Of a stretch of 64,000 bases of DNA, positions 8,693 to 16,851 are shown piece by piece. Every line of letters begins with the position of its first letter. Positions within the stretch are counted from its first letter, which is position 1. The notes beneath the pieces are model-generated. The model made no database searches, was not told where the DNA came from, and worked only from the letters and a program-made list of their open reading frames with translations. The position numbers were made by a program, and so were the translations under genes. Source of the stretch: a virus (Duplodnaviria > Heunggongvirae > Uroviricota > Caudoviricetes); IMG/VR virus record IMGVR_UViG_2795385681_000001, positions 1 through 64,000 of that record. One strand, given 5' to 3'.

Positions 8693-8950
8693 TCATCTGG
8701 GTAGAACCTTACTCACTTGCTTCATAACCTCAGCGATGAGCGCCCATGAGCCGTCCGAGTATCGGTGGTGCAGGGTGCCAGATGCGCTGGCTTTCGGAAT
8801 CTTCGTCCCATCCAAAAGCCTGGCGGCACGCTGCTCTGCGTTCCAGCGGTAGACGTATGCACTACCACGGTCAGGGGTGAACATCTCCTCGCGCGAGATG
8901 AATACTTCACCAATAACTCTGCTATTAACCATAATTGGAATGATCAGCAC
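8693..8950 (-). CDS. hypothetical protein (85 aa)
   Basis: GTG start overlapping the stop of the upstream gene. Confidence 0.4.
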   Translation of the reverse strand: MLIIPIMVNSRVIGEVFISREEMFTPDRGSAYVYRWNAEQRAARLLDGTKIPKASASGTLHHRYSDGSWALIAEVMKQVSKVLPR

Positions 8951-9609
8951 TTTGCATCCTCCAGGCCCTGGACGATCTCCACGATCTGATCAACGGTCAC
9001 GGGCGTGTAGTCCCACGCATCTACACCGACATGAATCTGAGTCGTCCTCGACACCGACGACGCACCATCCCAGCGAGGCATGCCGTAGCTGAGCTTCTCA
9101 GCACTGTGCGTGTGGCCATGAATGATGTAGTGCCCATGGTCAGGTAGACGCCACTCGGGATAGCGGTCCTCATCCGTATGGTCGCCCGTGTACGGGAAGT
9201 GGGACACCATCGCGGTTACATGACCCTCGCGCAGTGGAATTCGACGCTTAGCGGCCAACTGGACGGTCTTAAACGCGCCATCCAAATATATCGGCAGCCA
9301 CTTGTGCGAGTCGCGGTGGAGAGGGTGGGGACCGCAGTGGTTCCCGGGGATGAGGTGTTTATCCCCATTGCGGTCTCGGATCCAGTCGAGCGCCTTCAGT
9401 TGGGCGGTCTTCGTCCCAGATGAGATGTCGCCCAGCACCCATACCACGTCATCGGGTGCGACTACGCGGTCCCAGAGGCGAGCTAGCGTGTTGTCATGGC
9501 CGTCTACTTCCACTCCCACATAGCGCGGTAGCACCCATCCGCGCGTACGTTCCCTGGCTACCTTCTCGTGACCGATGTGTAGGTCAGAAGTGAACCAAAC
9601 CTTGCTCAC
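8944..9609 (-). CDS. metallophosphoesterase (calcineurin-like phosphoesterase)
   Basis: Motifs SDLHIGH, VLGDI, GNHC and HGHTH. Confidence 0.8.
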   Translation of the reverse strand: MSKVWFTSDLHIGHEKVARERTRGWVLPRYVGVEVDGHDNTLARLWDRVVAPDDVVWVLGDISSGTKTAQLKALDWIRDRNGDKHLIPGNHCGPHPLHRDSHKWLPIYLDGAFKTVQLAAKRRIPLREGHVTAMVSHFPYTGDHTDEDRYPEWRLPDHGHYIIHGHTHSAEKLSYGMPRWDGASSVSRTTQIHVGVDAWDYTPVTVDQIVEIVQGLEDAKC

Positions 9610-9610
9610 G

Positions 9611-10045
9611 TTAGCTCCTTGAATCTGTTGCGCTCAATGCCAGCCTTCTGTCCGTTGACGTGTGGCACCCATGGCATAGGGGTTCGTAGTGCTCAGGGTC
9701 GGGGCTATAGCGCATGGCGCGTAAATCCCCTGACCTTGCGTCGAGGATCTCTTCAGAACGCTCTCGTTGGCAGTCATGCATATAGGCCCAAGCAGATGCC
9801 ATCGCCCCGCATCCTCTTGCGCACGGATGTAGCCGCGCGGTGCCACGAATCGACTTCACGCGCATATGTGCCGCGTCGTAACCGATCGCATCGCCCTTCC
9901 ATCCGGGGTGTGCAGAACCCCTGGGCGGCACACCGACCATGAGTGGATCGCCGTGTTTCTTCCAACGTCGATAGTGCAGTCTGCACCAACCCCATGCACG
10001 TACCGGTCGGCCACAGCCTTCAATGGCGCATGGATTGGCTACCAC
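9611..10045 (-). CDS. HNH endonuclease
   Basis: CAIEGCGRPVRAWGWCRLHYRRWKKHG N-terminal zinc motif typical of phage HNH nucleases. Confidence 0.7.
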   Translation of the reverse strand: MVANPCAIEGCGRPVRAWGWCRLHYRRWKKHGDPLMVGVPPRGSAHPGWKGDAIGYDAAHMRVKSIRGTARLHPCARGCGAMASAWAYMHDCQRERSEEILDARSGDLRAMRYSPDPEHYEPLCHGCHTSTDRRLALSATDSRS

Positions 10046-10728
10046 CCGAAATTCCGATCGACATAAACCTGGTTCTGTGGTCGGATGAAGTCCGAATCCG
10101 CTGGTGGCATGTCCGATTCAGTGATACGGATCAGCAGACGCCAACCACGCTCGGTGGCTTGCGATGCCTGGTGAATGTTCCACCAATCCCACGAGTACCA
10201 AACAGCTTCTTGCGCAACCAGCTTCCGTAGAGTGGTGCACCCGTCAATCCGGCGAGTCATCTCCGAGTACATCTGCTCGTCTTCGTCGTGCTCAATTGGC
10301 AAGTGCATCAGGCCGTCGATGAATACAGTTGGGCAGTCGTTACCAACATGCAGAGTGTGGTAGCGCGGGTAATAGCCCTCAAGGGACCGATCATTCTGCA
10401 GCGGCAGGGACGGCATGCCCCAATTCGCCGGGTTCACAGTCTTGTCTGTCACGCTGTAGCGCGGAACCCCATCGGTATGCCACCCGGGAATCGCAGGCCA
10501 CCACCCGGGCATCAGCATCGACACCTTTGTGTCCACCGTGATGTGCCTGTGGTCCCCCACAATTGGGGCCGACTGCAGGAGCTGACGCAGAAATGGGCCA
10601 CCGAATAGCACCGCGTTGGACAGGCTGGCGCGGCGCAGGTTTGGCGTCCCCTCGATCAGGCCAGGGGGATCTGAATACGCTTGGGATCCAATGACCACCG
10701 GGTTGCGGTTGAACCAGTATGTGGTCAC
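10039..10728 (-). CDS. hypothetical protein (229 aa)
   Basis: Long ORF in the minus-strand operon; no recognised motif. Confidence 0.55.
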   Translation of the reverse strand: MTTYWFNRNPVVIGSQAYSDPPGLIEGTPNLRRASLSNAVLFGGPFLRQLLQSAPIVGDHRHITVDTKVSMLMPGWWPAIPGWHTDGVPRYSVTDKTVNPANWGMPSLPLQNDRSLEGYYPRYHTLHVGNDCPTVFIDGLMHLPIEHDEDEQMYSEMTRRIDGCTTLRKLVAQEAVWYSWDWWNIHQASQATERGWRLLIRITESDMPPADSDFIRPQNQVYVDRNFGW

Positions 10729-11078
10729 AGTAGCTTCAACTCCCCTGTGATCGGAGCGAGCTCTTCAACCGTTGCAGGTCCAATAGCGCAACACGTGGTC
10801 GTCAAGATGCCATGGAATTCGGTCTTACCGTTATCCGTAATCAGCGCGTTTGGGAGGTTGGCTTTAATTGCCTTGCCCCAGAGGTCAATCAGTGCGTCTT
10901 CGCTCTCCACCCGCACACAGACCTTCGTGAACGAACCGGCGAGCCACTCGACCACCCGTGGGTCATCGCGGTACTCGAGAACGGCACCCAGAGAGGCGTG
11001 AGCACCTTGTGAAACCATCTTCCCGGCACGCATGCCGAGATCCTTACGCATGATAATCATTTGCTTCAGTTCACTCAT
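10725..11078 (-). CDS. pth2: peptidyl-tRNA hydrolase, PTH2 family
   Basis: MIIMRKDLGMRAGKMVSQGAHA matches the PTH2 aminoacyl-tRNA hydrolase N-terminus. Confidence 0.75.
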   Translation of the reverse strand: MSELKQMIIMRKDLGMRAGKMVSQGAHASLGAVLEYRDDPRVVEWLAGSFTKVCVRVESEDALIDLWGKAIKANLPNALITDNGKTEFHGILTTTCCAIGPATVEELAPITGELKLL

Positions 11079-11194
11079 CGCTGTTCACCTCTCCCATAAT
11101 CTGAGCTCCGTCATAGACAGTCACTGGGTCGTAATCGCAAGCTGAATCTCTGAATCCCTTGCCCGGGATTACGGGGTACCTCTCCCACCAGAAC

Positions 11195-11716
11195 TCACCG
11201 AGCAAGAGCGCACGGGCCTGTGTGTGGGTCAATGTGGTAATCGACAACCGGTGAGCACAGTGGTCCACCGAACCCAAAGTTGATTACTGAGATCCCCGCC
11301 TTCTTGGCTCGCTTCATGCAGTCCCACGTACCACGTGAGTCCTTCAGCGGGAAGGCGATACAGATGTCAGCGCCGAGATCCACCATCTTCTGATTGCGAA
11401 GGTGTCCAGCCACTGGGCAGTAACGACTACCGTTCTTCCACCTTGGAGCGTGTGTGCAGTGGTAATCGCACTCGCGATTCCAGTCAGCCGGATGTGGCTC
11501 GTTCTTCACGCGGAATTGTCCCGTGGCTTCGCGGCACTTCGCCCAATCAGCTGCGAATAGATCCGCGCCTGAAGGGCATTCGCCTTGCACTACAACGAGC
11601 TCTAGACCGCGTTTATGAGCCTTGAGCCACTGTGAGTTCAGTGAACTCTGAACATACTTGCGGGAAGGCCAATCACGACTCCCCGTAACTAAGACTCGTC
11701 GGGACAATTCAGTCAT
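11195..11716 (-). CDS. SLOG/DprA-like Rossmann-fold protein (DUF2493-like)
   Basis: N-terminal RVLVTGSRDW motif. Confidence 0.45.
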   Translation of the reverse strand: MTELSRRVLVTGSRDWPSRKYVQSSLNSQWLKAHKRGLELVVVQGECPSGADLFAADWAKCREATGQFRVKNEPHPADWNRECDYHCTHAPRWKNGSRYCPVAGHLRNQKMVDLGADICIAFPLKDSRGTWDCMKRAKKAGISVINFGFGGPLCSPVVDYHIDPHTGPCALAR

Positions 11717-11886
11717 GATCGGATGATGCCCACGACGGTCACGACTAGGCCGAGCAAGAGCATGACGAGTGCTAGTGGGAGTAAAGTTGTTGGCAGATCA
11801 TAGATTCCACCCATGTTTGACATGCCGAGCGATCCGCCTATTAGCATGCCGGAGAAGTATGGGTACAGCGGATTGACGTTGCCCAT
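11713..11886 (-). CDS. small membrane protein (58 aa, below the ORF-track cutoff)
   Basis: ATG 3 nt after the RtcB stop; hydrophobic C-terminus; TGA overlaps the ATG of the next gene. Confidence 0.35.
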   Translation of the reverse strand: MGNVNPLYPYFSGMLIGGSLGMSNMGGIYDLPTTLLPLALVMLLLGLVVTVVGIIRS

Positions 11887-11888
11887 TG

Positions 11889-13115
11889 CTAGGTTCCCTT
11901 CACATTCAGTATCTGGCGCAGCTCAGTTACAACCTCAACCAGAGGCTCCGCGTCTTTCATCACCTGATCGATCGGCTTGTAACAGGAAGGGATCTCGTCA
12001 ATCCACTGCTCACCATGCCGGTACTCAATGCCCTGCATCTGCTCAGCCAAGTCCTCAAGGGTGAAGAGCTCCTTGGCCTTTGTTCGCGAGAATCGCCTCC
12101 CGGCACCATGCGGAGCAGAGAACAGGCCATCCTTGTTGCCCCGACCCCGGACCACATAGGAGCGTGTCCCCATCGAACCGGGGATAAGCCCCAGCTTCCC
12201 CTCCGACGCATCGATCGCGCCCTTCCGGGTCAGCCATACCTTCCGCCCGTCGATTTCAGTCGCAACCGTGTAGTTGTGGTGGCAGTTCACGCGATCGAGC
12301 TCGACGCGTTGGGATTGAACGCCAAGCCAATCCGCAAAGACCCGGACGTAGCGGTCCATCATCTCGGCACGGTTGTCGTAGGCGAACTGTTGGGCCCACC
12401 TCAAGTCCTTGATGTAGCGGTCGAACTCGCACGTGCCCTCGGAGAGGTATGCGAGATCCTTGTTCGCTACAGGCTCCGCGATGCCATAGCGCTGGTGCTT
12501 CACCAGTTGGTTCTGCGCAGCCTTGATGTGCTTCTGCGCGATCTTGTTGCCAACACCGCGACTGCCGGAGTGCAGGAACAACCACACCGTGTCGTCAGAG
12601 TCCAGGCACAGCTCAATGAAGTGGTTCCCACCGCCGAGAGACCCCAATTGCTCCATCCACTTCGGGGAGTGCGAGAGGTCAACGTTCAGCTCATTCTGGA
12701 GCTGAATCAGTCCCTCAATACGCTTGCGTGTGAACGGGAATCGCTTCGTGTCAGCGTTGTAGTTGCCTGGGGATAGTGGGATCGCCTCTTCTATCGCGAC
12801 GCGCAGGCGGGACAGATGACTCTTGTACGCACCGTCGAAGCGCTCCAGCAGGTTGCACTCAGTGAACCGAGTCTTCACCGCGATCATGCCGCATCCAATG
12901 TCCACGCCTACCGCAGCAGGTATGACAGCGCCAACGGTTGGGATCACGGTGCCAACAGCAGAACCCTTGCCCGAGTGTGCATCCGGCATCAGTGCCATAT
13001 GGGGGTAGATGAACGGCAACGTCGCCGTCTCTTTGGCCTGCTCGATCGTCGTGTAGTCGATCTCCGAGGCGAACGAAATGATGTTGTCGCCAATCCGCTG
13101 GCTCAATTCCTTCAT
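11889..13115 (-). CDS. rtcB: RNA-splicing ligase RtcB
   Basis: 408 aa with the RtcB signature (PDAHSGKGSAVGTVIPT, GNHFIELC, SGSRGVGN, the HNY motif). Confidence 0.9.
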   Translation of the reverse strand: MKELSQRIGDNIISFASEIDYTTIEQAKETATLPFIYPHMALMPDAHSGKGSAVGTVIPTVGAVIPAAVGVDIGCGMIAVKTRFTECNLLERFDGAYKSHLSRLRVAIEEAIPLSPGNYNADTKRFPFTRKRIEGLIQLQNELNVDLSHSPKWMEQLGSLGGGNHFIELCLDSDDTVWLFLHSGSRGVGNKIAQKHIKAAQNQLVKHQRYGIAEPVANKDLAYLSEGTCEFDRYIKDLRWAQQFAYDNRAEMMDRYVRVFADWLGVQSQRVELDRVNCHHNYTVATEIDGRKVWLTRKGAIDASEGKLGLIPGSMGTRSYVVRGRGNKDGLFSAPHGAGRRFSRTKAKELFTLEDLAEQMQGIEYRHGEQWIDEIPSCYKPIDQVMKDAEPLVEVVTELRQILNVKGT

Positions 13116-13140
13116 GTACCAATCGTATTGAGCCTCTTGG

Positions 13141-13154
13141 GGTTCATGTGGGTA
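13141..13154 (+). promoter_or_regulatory. 14-bp repeat GGTTCATGTGGGTA (copy at the RtcB start)
   Basis: Exact match. The minus strand reads TACCCACATGAACC, giving an 11-codon mini-ORF MNPKRLNTIGT* whose TGA overlaps the RtcB ATG. Confidence 0.6.
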
Positions 13155-13156
13155 CG

Positions 13157-13185
13157 AAAAAAGCCCCCAGCTTTCGCTGAGGGCT
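13157..13185 (-). terminator. stem-loop with a T-run between the tRNA array and rtcB
   Basis: Minus strand reads gccctcagcgaaagctgggggc followed by TTTTTT. Confidence 0.5.
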
Positions 13186-13193
13186 CTTCCGAG

Positions 13194-13264
13194 TAGTCCA
13201 TGCGGGAATCAAACCCGCACCAACACCTTGAGAGGGTGGTGTGCTCTCACTACACCAATGGACC
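13194..13264 (-). tRNA. tRNA (anticodon not resolved)
   Basis: T-arm gcggg-TTTGATT-cccgc (minus sense) with a complementary acceptor. Confidence 0.45.
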
Positions 13265-13270
13265 TAAGGG

Positions 13271-13609
13271 TTATCGCTCAACCCACGTGCCGGATTCGCG
13301 AACCTCGGTCTTGAGGTTCACCGGCCACATATCACGCTCCACCTGGGCACGCTGTAGGTCTTCACGACCAACCTGACGTTTCACCCATAGCTGGAACTTC
13401 GGCGAGCTCGCCATACGCTTGAACGCGGCCTGCTTGTTCTGCAGCTGGCTACGCTCCTCGCGCGACTCACCCACAGCACCGGACGGTTCATGCGTGATCC
13501 GCACACCCGTCTCGCGCTTGTTCTGGTTTTGACCGCCCTTGCCCCCAGACCGGAATGTGTCAACACGACAATCCGCGAGGGTGACAGACACTACTCGTTC
13601 TCTACTCAC
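13271..13609 (-). CDS. arfB: ArfB-like peptidyl-tRNA hydrolase / ribosome rescue factor (RF-1 GGQ domain)
   Basis: FRSGGKGGQNQNKRETGVRITHEPSG carries the GGQ motif of class I release factors and ArfB (YaeJ); basic C-terminal tail. Confidence 0.7.
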   Translation of the reverse strand: MSRERVVSVTLADCRVDTFRSGGKGGQNQNKRETGVRITHEPSGAVGESREERSQLQNKQAAFKRMASSPKFQLWVKRQVGREDLQRAQVERDMWPVNLKTEVRESGTWVER

Positions 13610-13610
13610 G

Positions 13611-13683
13611 TCAAGTCGACGGGATTTGAACCCGCGTCTTCCGCCTCGACAGGGCGACGCTCTGGACCTCTAAGCTACGACTC
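13611..13683 (-). tRNA. tRNA-Asp (GTC)
   Basis: Cloverleaf parsed by hand: acceptor cgagtcg/cgacttg, anticodon loop ctGTCga, T-loop TTCAAAT. Confidence 0.7.
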
Positions 13684-13794
13684 GATACGCCGTTTTCCGC
13701 ACGCCGGTTTTCGAGACCGACGCGCCAGGGTGGACGGCACCCTGAGCAGACTTTCTGGGAATCAAACCCTGGAGCAGCTCTGCAAAAACTCCCG

Positions 13795-13866
13795 TGGAGA
13801 ATCGGGGAATCGAACCCCGGACGCTGGTGTGCAAAACCAGTGCTTTACCAACTAAGCTAAATCCCC
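13795..13866 (-). tRNA. tRNA-Ala (TGC)
   Basis: Acceptor GGGGATT with the G3:U70 identity pair; D-arm gcttagttggtaaagc; anticodon loop ttTGCac; T-loop TTCGATT. Confidence 0.75.
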
Positions 13867-13892
13867 ATCTAAGCTTCAGGAAGGACATATTT

Positions 13893-14321
13893 ATGAAGCT
13901 CAACCGCATTACTGAACTGGTAGCCAACTCGGCTCACCTGGACGGCCTATCCAACAAGATCCTTAAGCACGCTGACGCGGTCGAGGTCTTAGAATCCGGT
14001 GTCCTTAAGGTTATTTCGCGCTCCGTCCACGATGACGCTACTTGCGAAGACAGCCTTTACCTGGCTCCAGGCGAATGGAAGTCGTTCGCTCAAAGGGGCA
14101 CAACCGTGGTGATCGAGTCCGAGGTCCAAGTCTTTGACTTCGAGATGGGCCTCTCAACCGAAGGCTGCGTCAACTTCGTAGCCGCGTACTTTGAACGAGC
14201 TGAAGGTTACGATCCAGATAACGCTCGCGACCTCGCTCGCGAGGTGGTCTACAACCAGCCGGTTGGTAAGGTCTATGGGTCCAACAAGGTCAAGTTTAGG
14301 TTCGTTTCGAACCCGAACTAG
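13893..14321 (+). CDS. hypothetical protein (142 aa) inside the tRNA array on the opposite strand
   Basis: Strong RBS aggaagga before ATG 13893; clean ORF; listed ORF 13794..14321 trimmed. Confidence 0.5.
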   Translation: MKLNRITELVANSAHLDGLSNKILKHADAVEVLESGVLKVISRSVHDDATCEDSLYLAPGEWKSFAQRGTTVVIESEVQVFDFEMGLSTEGCVNFVAAYFERAEGYDPDNARDLAREVVYNQPVGKVYGSNKVKFRFVSNPN

Positions 14322-14347
14322 TCCTCCACGGATCCAACTACCTACGA

Positions 14348-14420
14348 GCCGCATCGAGGTCTCGAACCCCGTACCTCTTCGTTACTAAGGAAGCGCTCTA
14401 GCCTGATGAGCTAATGCGGC
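14348..14420 (-). tRNA. tRNA-Thr (AGT), tentative anticodon
   Basis: Acceptor GCCGCAT/ATGCGGC perfect; D-arm gctcatcaggctagagc; T-loop TTCGAGA. Confidence 0.6.
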
Positions 14421-14425
14421 AAAGT

Positions 14426-14495
14426 ACCTTGCGAGAGAATTGAACTCCCATCCTCGGGGTGTAAACCCGGTGCCCTTCCGTTGGACGAGCAAGGC
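14426..14495 (-). tRNA. tRNA-Val (TAC), tentative
   Basis: T-arm gagag-TTCAATT-ctctc; acceptor gccttgc/gcaaggt; anticodon loop ttTACac. Confidence 0.5.
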
Positions 14496-14621
14496 ATATG
14501 AGCTTTTGGTTGAGGGTGCCCATGCTGCAGCGAGAGGTCCCTGGCGGATGCTCTATCCGCGCACAAGCTTCCGGCGACAACCGAGGTCTCCACCGTAGGG
14601 TCGCCCATCCCAGGGCGTCGA

Positions 14622-14694
14622 ACGAGTGACCAGATTCGAACTGGCACGATCTGTTTGGAAGACAGAGATGCTAACCGTTAAACATCACACTCGC
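14622..14694 (-). tRNA. tRNA-Gly (TCC)
   Basis: T-loop TTCGAAT; anticodon stem tctgt/acaga with loop ctTCCaa. Confidence 0.6.
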
Positions 14695-14699
14695 ATGGA

Positions 14700-14765
14700 G
14701 CGGCAGAGGTGACTCGAACACCCTTGCAGCGGCTTAGGAGGCCACGCACTTTCCGGAACTACCGC
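14700..14765 (-). tRNA. short tRNA-like gene, possibly Arg (CCT)
   Basis: T-arm gggtg-TTCGAGT-cacct, acceptor gcggtag/ctgccgc, but only about 66 nt with a reduced D-arm. Confidence 0.3.
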
Positions 14766-14770
14766 TTGGT

Positions 14771-14841
14771 AGGTTCGCACAGAATTGAACTGTGATTGCC
14801 GACGTATCAGATCGGTGTCCTTACCGTTGGACGACGAACCA
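14771..14841 (-). tRNA. tRNA-Ile (GAT)
   Basis: T-arm cacag-TTCAATT-ctgtg; D-arm gtccaacggtaaggac; anticodon loop ctGATac. Confidence 0.65.
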
Positions 14842-14843
14842 GT

Positions 14844-14914
14844 GGGTCTGGTAGGACTCGAACCTACGTCTCCGACTTAAGAGGACGGAGCTAAACCATC
14901 TCAGCTACAAACCC
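14844..14914 (-). tRNA. tRNA-Lys (CTT)
   Basis: T-arm gtagg-TTCGAGT-cctac; anticodon loop ctCTTaa. Confidence 0.6.
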
Positions 14915-14924
14915 ATTGTTGGTA

Positions 14925-14993
14925 GGGCGCACGGGATTTGAACCCGCAACTCATAGATTAAAAGTCTAGGGTGATTCCGTTTCACCAACGCCC
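14925..14993 (-). tRNA. tRNA-Lys (TTT), tentative
   Basis: T-arm cggg-TTCAAAT-cccg; acceptor gggcgtt/tgcgccc; anticodon loop ctTTTaa. Confidence 0.5.
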
Positions 14994-14994
14994 A

Positions 14995-15207
14995 TTAACT
15001 TGTGATCGCAGGAAACGCTACCCACACATGCGGGTGAGCCTTCCTATATCCATCGCGCCCACATGAGCGCTCAGAGTGGTATCGCTGACAGTCACTAGCT
15101 CTAACGCCGTACTCTGCTTCAACTAGGGCCCTAGCACCTTCCGGGGTGAGCTCCTTGCCCCAGGCAAGATACGAGGCCCCCGCAGCTGTCAGGCGATACT
15201 TGTTCAC
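14995..15207 (-). CDS. possible small protein (70 aa, GTG start) between tRNAs
   Basis: Listed ORF with protein-like composition (LAWGKELTPEGARALVEAEYGV); weak RBS; could be spurious. Confidence 0.25.
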   Translation of the reverse strand: MNKYRLTAAGASYLAWGKELTPEGARALVEAEYGVRASDCQRYHSERSCGRDGYRKAHPHVWVAFPAITS

Positions 15208-15209
15208 GT

Positions 15210-15283
15210 AGTCGGCGCGAGGATCGAACTCGCAGACACCGAGGTTTGAGCTCGGCGGCTTTGCCAGGTTTGCCTAGCCGACC
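15210..15283 (-). tRNA. tRNA with anticodon CAA (Leu-type) but a class I body
   Basis: T-arm gcgag-TTCGATC-ctcgc; anticodon stem ccgag/ctcgg perfect with loop ctCAAac; short variable arm. Confidence 0.5.
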
Positions 15284-15353
15284 AGGCTCGGTGTTTGATC
15301 ACGCAGCTTTACCGAAGTACTGCGGGCCCTTTCACGGGGGCCAGTCGTCGAGT

Positions 15354-15427
15354 ACTCCGAGAGGGATTCGAACCCACAACCTCCAGGGTCTAAGCCTGTC
15401 GCCTCTGCCAAATTGGGCTACCGGAGC
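15354..15427 (-). tRNA. tRNA with anticodon TAG (Leu-type) but a class I body
   Basis: Acceptor gctccgg/tcggagt; T-loop TTCGAAT; anticodon loop ctTAGac; short variable arm. Confidence 0.5.
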
Positions 15428-15531
15428 ATGGTGCCGATACTTTGTGTAGAGCGCCACCCGCTATCTGGGGTAACACGCGCCCAAGCGCCTCGGCCAACGA
15501 GGGAGTTTCACCTTATCGACGGCGCTTTGGA

Positions 15532-15602
15532 GACGAAGACCGGATTCGAACCGGTGTGGGTCAGGGTTGCAGCCTGCCAGCTAGCCACTCACTCACTTCG
15601 CC
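15532..15602 (-). tRNA. tRNA-Cys (GCA)
   Basis: T-arm accgg-TTCGAAT-ccggt perfect; anticodon loop ctGCAac. Confidence 0.6.
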
Positions 15603-15610
15603 TTGTGGTT

Positions 15611-15698
15611 GGTGTGCGCAGGAATTGAACCTGCCGGGGACCATAACGCGAGAACTCGCGCTGCGGACTCGAACCGCCCTCTCACCGAGAGACACACC
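15611..15698 (-). tRNA. tRNA-like region with two T-arm motifs (class II tRNA or tRNA plus fragment)
   Basis: gcagg-AATTGAA-cctgc and gcgg-ACTCGAA-ccgc on the + strand lie within 88 nt; no single cloverleaf resolved. Confidence 0.3.
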
Positions 15699-15715
15699 AG
15701 GTTCGATGCTATCCC

Positions 15716-15879
15716 CTATTCTGCGGCTGGGGCGACCTTCTTAGCCGGTGCCTTCTTAGGCGCTGGCTTCTCTTCAACCGCGTAGTTGAAGTCCTCGAGA
15801 TTGGCAACTCGGGAGATCAGATCATTGACGGCATCGACTACCGGCTTCGGCGCGATTCCGCTCTTCAGAAATTCAGTCA
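15716..15879 (-). CDS. small Lys/Ala/Pro-rich protein (54 aa, GTG start) inside the tRNA array
   Basis: RBS aaagggtag before the GTG; protein VTEFLKSGIAPKPVVDAVNDLISRVANLEDFNYAVEEKPAPKKAPAKKVAPAAE with a histone-like tail; below the ORF-track cutoff. Confidence 0.3.
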
Positions 15880-15904
15880 CTACTACCCTTTCCAAGGTTG
15901 AACG

Positions 15905-15974
15905 TCCCTATGCACGGTTACGATCCGTGGTCGCCGGGGTCACATCCCGGAGCTCTGCCATTGAGCTACACAAG
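15905..15974 (-). tRNA. tRNA-His (GTG) with an unusual T-loop
   Basis: Canonical D-arm GCTCAATGGCAGAGC; anticodon stem ccggg/cccgg with loop atGTGac; T-arm cacgg-ATCGTAA-ccgtg. Confidence 0.5.
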
Positions 15975-16082
15975 GTATGGAGCAAGTGGCCATGGTGTCC
16001 CACATCTGACGGGCTGCGGTAACCGACGCGTGGCTGTGGCATTCCATGTTTATCCGGGCTCTCCATCACCGGCACTTGTCGA

Positions 16083-16156
16083 CCCGTTGACAGGATTCGA
16101 ACCTGCATGCGTTGCGCCTTCGTAGGGCGGTGGGCGCTCCATTGCCCAACAACGGG
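16083..16156 (-). tRNA. tRNA-Arg (ACG)
   Basis: Acceptor cccgttg/caacggg perfect; T-loop TTCGAAT; anticodon loop ctACGaa. Confidence 0.65.
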
Positions 16157-16217
16157 ATTGGAGCCGCATTGGTGCTAGGCTGCGGCGGGCCTAACCAGGT
16201 GCCCCTGGATTTTGCGT

Positions 16218-16291
16218 GGCGGGGGTGGGATTTGAACCCACGGTCTCTGACTTATGAGGACAGCGAGATGGCCGAACTTCTCTACCCCGAC
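16218..16291 (-). tRNA. tRNA-Met (CAT)
   Basis: T-arm gtggg-TTCAAAT-cccac perfect; anticodon loop ctCATaa. Confidence 0.6.
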
Positions 16292-16412
16292 ATGAGACTC
16301 ATTCCGATAGGACAGTTCATCGCCTACCGTATCCGCGCGAGTCGACGCGACCGTTTACGTGGAGTGCCCGGTTTTTCACCAGTAACCGTGGAAGCTGGTT
16401 TCCCTTACACGC

Positions 16413-16486
16413 CGGATCGCTTGGAGTCGAACCAAGGCCCTCTCGGGTTTCAACCGAGCGCTCTCACCAAACTGAGCTACGAACCG
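16413..16486 (-). tRNA. tRNA-Phe (GAA)
   Basis: D-arm gctcagtttggtgagagc; anticodon stem ctcgg/ccgag perfect with loop ttGAAac; T-arm cttgg-TTCGACT-ccaag. Confidence 0.75.
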
Positions 16487-16781
16487 ATTTTTGTTAGAGG
16501 CTGAGAGTACACCTGCTATCGAGAACCTTTGCGGCATTATTGATTCGCCACTTCTCCACGTCATTCCTGAACGTAGTTCTCACGCCCGGTCGGTTACGCC
16601 AACCACTCGTCATGCCGAAAGCTACTCCGCGACTTTGGTTTCGCGATGGGATGGCCGTCCCATCGTTGCGCTACTTGTCTACGAACCACCGTCGCCTTGC
16701 GAGCTCGTGATGGCCCTGGTTCCCGAAGGCCAGGGATTAGAGGCGCTTTTGCTCCTCGGCAGGGGAAGGACTTTTGCTTTT

Positions 16782-16851
16782 ATTGACGACGGGAATCGAA
16801 CCCGCACATCCTGTTCCATATACAGGTGGCCTGCCGTTGGCCTACGTCATT
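16782..16851 (-). tRNA. tRNA (anticodon ambiguous, loop atATGga)
   Basis: T-arm cggg-TTCGATT-cccg; D-arm ggccaacggcaggcc; anticodon stem cctgt/acagg perfect. Confidence 0.5.

Noticed and set aside
11071-11277. A 68-aa minus ORF overlapping the 3' end of 11195..11716 by 83 nt
   Set aside because: The large out-of-frame overlap and absence of an RBS make it doubtful; the 117-bp gap it would fill may instead be regulatory.
11960-12776. ORFs antisense to or overlapping rtcB (11886..12776 +, 11960..12211, 12055..12237, 12256..12585)
   Set aside because: They lie entirely within the well-supported RtcB coding region on the opposite strand or in an alternative frame.
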